A stretch of 64,000 bases of DNA from IMG/VR virus record IMGVR_UViG_3300046507_000471; one strand, 5' to 3'. A program made the translations under genes and the position numbers. The stretch's first letter is position 1. Each line of letters begins with the position of its first letter. Below, piece by piece: positions 58,121 to 64,000 of the stretch. The DNA comes from an uncultured virus (IMG/VR IMGVR_UViG_3300046507_000471) (taxonomy: Duplodnaviria; Heunggongvirae; Uroviricota; Caudoviricetes). The notes under the pieces are model-generated. The model worked only from the letters and a program-made list of their open reading frames with translations. It did not search any database and was not told the origin of the DNA.

Positions 58121-59290
58121 ATGAGCAAACCAAATGAACCCGTAGATCCAGAAACTCTAGCAGTTTCAGGTGATGCATTCCATCAAATGCTATCAAGCAT
58201 CGATGTAGAATCGCAAATTAATGCGCTTAAGGCTGAGATCAAAGAAACTAAGTCTCCGTCTAAGAGAGACGCAATTGTTAAAAAAATCAAGTACTTAGCT
58301 GGGCTAAAAAAAGTGGGCTTGAACCCTGAGTCAGCTTATGTGCTTCACAATATTCCAGTAACACCTCCATTAGTTCGTCCTAGTATTCCTATGGGTGGTA
58401 ATCGTATTGAGTTCGCTGATGTGAATACTCTTTACCGTGACCATATGACCATCAACAATTCTCTAAAGGATATCAAGGATGACCTTACTCATGATCAATT
58501 GGTTAATGAACGCAAAGATGCTTATAATGGCGTCAAAGCTATTTTCGGTCTCGGTGATGCCGTATCTGGGAGCGCACGAGGAAAGGAACTAAAAGGTTAC
58601 ATCCAGCAAATCTCTGGAGATACTGGGCCTAAAGGCGGATTCTTCCACAACAAACTTCTTAAGAAGAAACAAGACTTCTCAGGTAGAGCAACTATTTATG
58701 CAGAGCCTAATCTTGGCTTCAACGAAGTTGCTGCACCAAAGGATATGCTGTGGACAATGTATGAGTTCCACATCATTCGTGACTTGGTTCGTAACGGCTA
58801 TGATTTGATTGCTGCCAGAAAAGCTGTAGAAAATAGGGATGTAGCTGCAACGAACAGCTTTAACAAGATGATTAAGCAGGTTCCTGTTATTCTTAACCGG
58901 GCTCCTACTCTAATGAGAACCAACATTACGGCTCACTTCCCTGTGCCTATTGAGGGCAAGACACTTGGTATCAATCCTCTGCATCTTCCTATGTATGCAG
59001 GTGACTTCGATGGCGATGCTTTAACGTTGCACGTACCGATGACCCCAGAAGCAGTTGAAGAAGCTAAACAAAAGCTTCTGCCACAACAACACATTTACGA
59101 CTATCGTAAAGGCCAAGGCGCATCAATGGTAGCACCTGGCCACGAAGCCGTTATTGGTTCTATGGCAATTACTGAACCTGATACAACTCAAGCTCCTCGT
59201 GAATTCGCAACAGAAGAAGATGCTCTCGAAGCTCTACGCAAGGGCGAAATCAACGAGAACACTCCGCTAAAAATCACTAGCCACGGCTAA
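58121..59290 (+). CDS. rpoC: RNA polymerase beta' subunit, middle fragment with the catalytic motif
   Basis: IPVTPPLVRP, DVNTLYR, KKQDFSGRATI, LNRAPTL, YAGDFDGDALTLHVP. Confidence 0.92.
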   Translation: MSKPNEPVDPETLAVSGDAFHQMLSSIDVESQINALKAEIKETKSPSKRDAIVKKIKYLAGLKKVGLNPESAYVLHNIPVTPPLVRPSIPMGGNRIEFADVNTLYRDHMTINNSLKDIKDDLTHDQLVNERKDAYNGVKAIFGLGDAVSGSARGKELKGYIQQISGDTGPKGGFFHNKLLKKKQDFSGRATIYAEPNLGFNEVAAPKDMLWTMYEFHIIRDLVRNGYDLIAARKAVENRDVAATNSFNKMIKQVPVILNRAPTLMRTNITAHFPVPIEGKTLGINPLHLPMYAGDFDGDALTLHVPMTPEAVEEAKQKLLPQQHIYDYRKGQGASMVAPGHEAVIGSMAITEPDTTQAPREFATEEDALEALRKGEINENTPLKITSHG

Positions 59291-59391
59291 TCAAAAAAGA
59301 GGAGAGACACCCGCAGGGTTGTCCGGTGCTCTCCTAAACCTCCCGACCACGCCTACCTGGGGGATAAGCGCAGTCAGTCCTTGCGCTGTAC

Positions 59392-60039
59392 TTATCCTTC
59401 GATCAGTGTCTTCATTTCCTTGAACAGTTTCATGAACTGCTCCGGAGTCAACACAATTCCCTTCTCATCGATGTCGATGAAAATCCCGGTGATGAGACGT
59501 TTCTCTTCTACCTTGGGAGTCTCAGTCGCGACCGGAGCCGGATCCGACTTGGTTGCGTCGAGAATGGTTTTCGCAATCTTTCCGAACTGAGGATGACCTG
59601 CGTCAACCGTTGCAATGCCTTGAACGATATGAAGCTCTGGCGTACGCTTTTCCGGTTTGATTTCATCGATTCTTGGGAGAGAAGGTGCGTTTTCTGTGAC
59701 GGGCAGGGGCTTGATCTTCTTCATGATCGCCTTCGGCTTGTACAGCTTATCGGTGACTCGCCAACGGAACTTCAAACGATCATCAGGGTCATGCATCGCA
59801 CCCTTAATGTTCGAGTATGCGATGTATCCACCCTTGAAAAGGTCGTTTATTGCTTGATGCAAATTGTTTACAGAGTTACCGAGAGCTTTCAAAACATTGC
59901 GAATCTCGGACTGCTTGAGACCCGGCTCTGCCTCGATGACCAAATAAACAGCATGGGAAAAGTTCTTGGGTTGAACGAGCCACCCTTGACCGTCATAGCT
60001 TGCTGTAGACTGTTTCGGGGCTGCAAAAAGCTGGTTCAT
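59392..60039 (-). CDS. possible winged-HTH DNA-binding protein
   Basis: PGLKQSEI...AINDLFKGGYI; promoter motif at 60100. Confidence 0.55.
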   Translation of the reverse strand: MNQLFAAPKQSTASYDGQGWLVQPKNFSHAVYLVIEAEPGLKQSEIRNVLKALGNSVNNLHQAINDLFKGGYIAYSNIKGAMHDPDDRLKFRWRVTDKLYKPKAIMKKIKPLPVTENAPSLPRIDEIKPEKRTPELHIVQGIATVDAGHPQFGKIAKTILDATKSDPAPVATETPKVEEKRLITGIFIDIDEKGIVLTPEQFMKLFKEMKTLIEG

Positions 60040-60131
60040 GGTACTGGTCCTTACGAAGTAGAATTGTTTTTAGTAGAGATGAATTTCCTCTACATTATTC
60101 TTATACCAATTCGAAGGACCAATTGTGGATT

Positions 60132-61496
60132 TTAGAGATTTACTCGGTCAAGGTCCCCATCAGAAAACCCATTGTAAACTGGGAATCTGATTTGACCACC
60201 TGGAACGCTAGGAGGATACGCTTTTACTTGAATTAGCTTCTCATTAAACATGGCTGGATTCTTCCAGGCTTGGATTCTAGTGTCTCTATCAAACCCAGTT
60301 CCAACCTTTCCTACCATACGTCCTGAGGCATCAGCCAAAATCAATGCACCCATACTATCTTTTGGGTTGCCCTTGATGTCGATTTCTTGTTGCTGGCCAA
60401 TAACCTTCAGATTATACGTTACGTAGTTCTTTACTTTGTATCGTACTGATTCTGTCTCAGGCTTAGCGTAGTCCGCAACTATTAAGCCTTCGCCTTTCTG
60501 GCTCTTGATAGTATCTAGGTATTTGTTGATCGCATCTACCCCGTACTCTAAGTGAGGTGCAAACATCAAATCAGAATTTCCGTAGTCCTTTTCGAACTTT
60601 TGAAGATACTCAACTTTATCTTTGTATGTTGCGAGATTCGGATTCTTAACGTCAATTAGCACAGCACGTACTGGGCCTTTCTCAGCTTGAGTTGCAATAG
60701 ATCTCGGAGGTAGAGAATTAAGAATACCTGAAACTGTAGGGTGCGACTCGGTTTCAGACTTTGCAAGTCCGGTGTGTACAAGCTCTACCGCAAACTGGTT
60801 ACCAACGTATTCTGGCATTGGTTTAGCCAGATGTGGAAGCTGTGCTGAACGCTCTGGGAATCCACCTTTTACACTTGGCCTACGTGAATGGTAAGTTAAA
60901 GAGCCATCAGGCTGTACGGTAAGCACAAAGTGGGCCCCGTCCCATTTCTTTGATGCAACTGGATGTTCGAGTGCTGTCCAATCGCCTTCTACGTATTTGT
61001 GTCTGACGTATGTGTCGATTGAAGCTTGCTTCTGAATTTGACTAAGGTACGGATTGATACCTTCTACAAACAACTGACTCCCCAAAGGACCAATACCTCT
61101 GAAGGACTGAATCTCAGCACGAATTTCTTCAGGAGTATGATTATCTATCAGATTATTAATAGTCCCGTACTTCTCTCTCAGGTGTTTGGCCTGAGCAAGC
61201 ATCGTAGTAGCTGTTGACTCATCGAAACGTCCGTAATGGCCTTGAACTAATGCATCACGTAGATTTTCCCAGCCTGCAGACTCAACAGCTTCCGGGGAAT
61301 AAAACCCCTTCGAAGCCATGTGTTTAGCAGCTAAAGATGCGACTGAACGTTGAATAGGCCTAGAGAAAAGAGTGACGGCTGTCATCCACTTGTACAGTTC
61401 TTTCTCATCACCTTTTGACAAGTCAAAGCCTAGACTTTCCGGACTTGCCGGTTCTTTAAGCTGAGCTGCCATTTTCTCTAGGTACTTGTTAGTCAT
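60132..61496 (-). CDS. HhH-GPD-like domain fused to an ATP-dependent DNA ligase
   Basis: N-terminal LYKW...GHYGRFDESTA...FRGIGP; ligase KKWDG, EGLIV, YKVK, GKVGTGF, IRFPVY. Confidence 0.85.
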   Translation of the reverse strand: MTNKYLEKMAAQLKEPASPESLGFDLSKGDEKELYKWMTAVTLFSRPIQRSVASLAAKHMASKGFYSPEAVESAGWENLRDALVQGHYGRFDESTATTMLAQAKHLREKYGTINNLIDNHTPEEIRAEIQSFRGIGPLGSQLFVEGINPYLSQIQKQASIDTYVRHKYVEGDWTALEHPVASKKWDGAHFVLTVQPDGSLTYHSRRPSVKGGFPERSAQLPHLAKPMPEYVGNQFAVELVHTGLAKSETESHPTVSGILNSLPPRSIATQAEKGPVRAVLIDVKNPNLATYKDKVEYLQKFEKDYGNSDLMFAPHLEYGVDAINKYLDTIKSQKGEGLIVADYAKPETESVRYKVKNYVTYNLKVIGQQQEIDIKGNPKDSMGALILADASGRMVGKVGTGFDRDTRIQAWKNPAMFNEKLIQVKAYPPSVPGGQIRFPVYNGFSDGDLDRVNL

Positions 61497-63423
61497 TTTT
61501 CATTAGTCCTTTTACTTCATCAAACAGTTCTTCTTTAGTATCTGAATTCTCTGACAAATACTTATCAATCGAATACGGAGTCTTGCCCCACATAGGCTTC
61601 GGATGTACGCTGTGGAAATGCTCGACTAGCACATTGCGCTCCGCTTCTGGCAGATGTTCGTGTGAACCAAATCGTACAGCACGCCCAACTACCTGGTTGA
61701 TTTTACTGGGGTTGAAGTGAGGTTCTAGCACTTGCACTCGCTTTGTCCCCTTGGAATCCAACCCCTCTGAACCTGAAGATGAAATCAGCAGAACCTTCTT
61801 CTTACCTGAGTTGTATTCTTTGACCAAGTGATCCTTCTCTGCTCTTGACAGTGACCCATCATAGATAGCATGGTCAATCTTGGCTTCTTTCAGTTTTCTA
61901 GAATAGTCTCGCAGGCCAGCATCGAGGTAGTTCGAATATACAAGTGCCTTGAAGTTCTTATCCTCTGCCATACCCTTCTGTAAGCTCTCTACGGCCTTCA
62001 GGATCTTAGGTGAGTACTCAGCCTTACCGTCTAACGTCAAGTGCCTGTGACCGTTAGAAACCTGTCTTACGCCAGCAGAGAATGAATTAAGACTTGCCAT
62101 TTCTTTCTTGTCCATAGGCATATTGTGCCTCAATTTCATCCGTAATAGAAATGGTAATTTCCCTTCAGCAAACTTGTAATACTTCTGCTGTTCCTTAGAC
62201 ATTTCCACTTCTACTATCTTTTCAGTCTTCTTCGGGAAGTGCTTTGCAGCTGCAGGGTCATCCTGACTGTCATAGAAACTTACGTATTGATTGAGAATTT
62301 CCTTAAGCTCTTTCCTACGGTCGAGTCTACGCACTGCTTCAGGCTTGGCTCCAAGAAGTCTATCTTTGAAACCTGGCTTAATGATTTCTTCTTTCGTGTA
62401 ACGATCTTCCATCTTCTTGGCTTCTTCCGGAAGAACATTATCATTTGCAGCAATGTTTACAAGAGCTGATATATCAGAGAGCTTATTGTAATTGCCAGTA
62501 GCAGTTGCAAGTAAACGACGATCAGCACCGCTGATAATGTCTCGGAGTTCTCTAGTACGTTTAGTGTTCGTGTTACGGAGCCTGTGAGCTTCGTCAGCAA
62601 CTGCGATGGAGTAATCATTTTTACGTAGTTTGTGTGCATCGTTAACAGCTTTTTCGTAGGACATTACATCCAGTCGATTTCTGTCCAAGTTAATCTTGTG
62701 CTTCTTAAGTTCTTTATCAACGTTCGTGACGAGACTGGCAGGAGCAATGACCAGCGCCCTCTTTTTAGGGTACTGTTCTTGATACTTCTGTACTGCCTTA
62801 AGAAACGTCTTTGTCTTGCCGCTGCCAAGGCTGTGATGAAGGACAACGCCTTTTTCTTTATCCAAATGGTCAAGAGCGTCAATTTGGTGAGGCTGTAGGT
62901 CACTTTTCTGTTCCTGTTTCTTCTTGGCAATCTTTTCTAGATATACGTTACCACCAGCATAATCGTCAAGCGCCCAAGCCTTCTTTTCGAGAGAAGTCTT
63001 ACGTGTGAGATATGGACTTTGACTCTTACCCATTCCGGTAATGTTTCGAAATATCCAAGAAGTAGGGGCATCTTTCGTAGGGGACTTCTTCAACAAAAAC
63101 TTCTCACCGTCTTTGGTGAAGATTACCAGCATAGTCTCTGTGCTGTGTGGTGCTACAATCGCCTTACGAACCCAATCTAGATACGTAGTTCCAGCGCCAT
63201 ATTGGCCTTTTGGAATTACAACCTTTTTACTCAATGCGTATGCACGGTCATGGACCGGCTGTTCAAATACGCCAATGATTTCACCCGGCTTTGGCATATC
63301 TTTAAGCGTTGCAAAAGAATAAGCTTTGTCTCCATGAACAAGTCTTAGATCGTAGTGAGTGCCCATTACGTCGGCTTCGTGCCGCTGACGGGTGAAGAGG
63401 AATTCGTCGTTTGGTTGTAACAT
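61489..63423 (-). CDS. LigD 3'-phosphoesterase domain fused to a SNF2-like helicase
   Basis: QRHEA...HYDLRL...PVH..Y...IPKGQYGAG; helicase GSGKT, DEAH, TAT, QVVGRAVRFGSH. Confidence 0.85.
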   Translation of the reverse strand: MLQPNDEFLFTRQRHEADVMGTHYDLRLVHGDKAYSFATLKDMPKPGEIIGVFEQPVHDRAYALSKKVVIPKGQYGAGTTYLDWVRKAIVAPHSTETMLVIFTKDGEKFLLKKSPTKDAPTSWIFRNITGMGKSQSPYLTRKTSLEKKAWALDDYAGGNVYLEKIAKKKQEQKSDLQPHQIDALDHLDKEKGVVLHHSLGSGKTKTFLKAVQKYQEQYPKKRALVIAPASLVTNVDKELKKHKINLDRNRLDVMSYEKAVNDAHKLRKNDYSIAVADEAHRLRNTNTKRTRELRDIISGADRRLLATATGNYNKLSDISALVNIAANDNVLPEEAKKMEDRYTKEEIIKPGFKDRLLGAKPEAVRRLDRRKELKEILNQYVSFYDSQDDPAAAKHFPKKTEKIVEVEMSKEQQKYYKFAEGKLPFLLRMKLRHNMPMDKKEMASLNSFSAGVRQVSNGHRHLTLDGKAEYSPKILKAVESLQKGMAEDKNFKALVYSNYLDAGLRDYSRKLKEAKIDHAIYDGSLSRAEKDHLVKEYNSGKKKVLLISSSGSEGLDSKGTKRVQVLEPHFNPSKINQVVGRAVRFGSHEHLPEAERNVLVEHFHSVHPKPMWGKTPYSIDKYLSENSDTKEELFDEVKGLMKND

Positions 63424-63495
63424 TCTTGTAGTGACGCCTTTGAAAAGCTAAAAAAAGCCTAGACACATTATAACATGTCTAAGCTATTTTAAAAC

Positions 63496-63918
63496 TTAAG
63501 CCGTAAGTCTCTGGTACGTCTCTTGGATTTTGCTTTTAATAGTTTCTTCGGAAGAACTCAGCAAGAAGAACTCGAAGTCTTGCTTTGCAGAAATCTCTGC
63601 TTCGAATGCAGGTTTGAACGTCTTGAACGGGATAGTATCAGAGTCTAGTCCTGTCACTTCTTGAATCACAGCATCATTGTACTTAGCGCCGATGAGAGAA
63701 TACTTTACACGATTCTCGCTCATTGTCGTGTATTCTCTATATGACCCAGGGTTCCAGCCTTCCCACAGTTTAAGTCTGTGTTTATTAGAAGTCACTGGTA
63801 GTGAAGTAGGAGTTGTGAGACTTTCCCAGTCAGCTGTTCTGAGAAACTCTACTGCTTGGCGGAACATGTCGCATCCAAAATAATCATCTGGACCCGTGTA
63901 CTGTTTAGCCTCGTTCAT
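63496..63918 (-). CDS. hypothetical protein
   Basis: Followed by a hairpin and T-run at ~63450-63485. Confidence 0.65.
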   Translation of the reverse strand: MNEAKQYTGPDDYFGCDMFRQAVEFLRTADWESLTTPTSLPVTSNKHRLKLWEGWNPGSYREYTTMSENRVKYSLIGAKYNDAVIQEVTGLDSDTIPFKTFKPAFEAEISAKQDFEFFLLSSSEETIKSKIQETYQRLTA

Positions 63919-64000
63919 GTGGAAATCAGAAAATGAAACGTATTTTCCTTTAAGGATCCACGTTACGATATCTCCGATATTTCTGAAGTTTGCGTAGGTG

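Noticed and set aside
1..64000. Alternative genetic code (stop-codon reassignment)
   Set aside because: Conserved genes are full length under code 11, all three stop codons end genes, and no suppressor tRNA is present.

Overview
The window is 64 kb of a large lytic tailed-phage (jumbo-type) genome. No cellular housekeeping context, CRISPR array or integrase is visible. The left three quarters is almost all on the - strand. It holds 9 tRNA genes, a RuvC-like resolvase, class Ia ribonucleotide reductase (nrdA/nrdB), a complete bacterial-type Hen1-Pnkp RNA-repair operon and a Pol-beta-like nucleotidyltransferase. It also holds RNase H, a family-A DNA polymerase split into two genes (with an N-terminal UDG-like domain), a Thg1-like protein, HU, a primase-helicase, a PD-(D/E)XK nuclease, guanylate kinase, dCMP deaminase, DinG and SNF2 helicases, an SLT lysin and several HNH endonucleases. 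The + strand carries a sigma70-family factor, probable virion genes and a phage multisubunit RNA polymerase. In that polymerase, beta is fused to the N-terminus of beta', and the catalytic part of beta' is a separate gene 2.9 kb downstream, beyond five structural-type genes. The right end has two unusual DNA-repair fusions: LigD phosphoesterase-SNF2 and HhH-GPD-ATP ligase. Notable non-coding features are a 15-copy strand-specific promoter motif (TTGGTATAAG-N5-T-R), a ~555 bp nested palindrome with iterons (likely replication origin) and a ~300 nt structured RNA just downstream of pnkp. All protein calls come from motif recognition by eye; no database searches were run.
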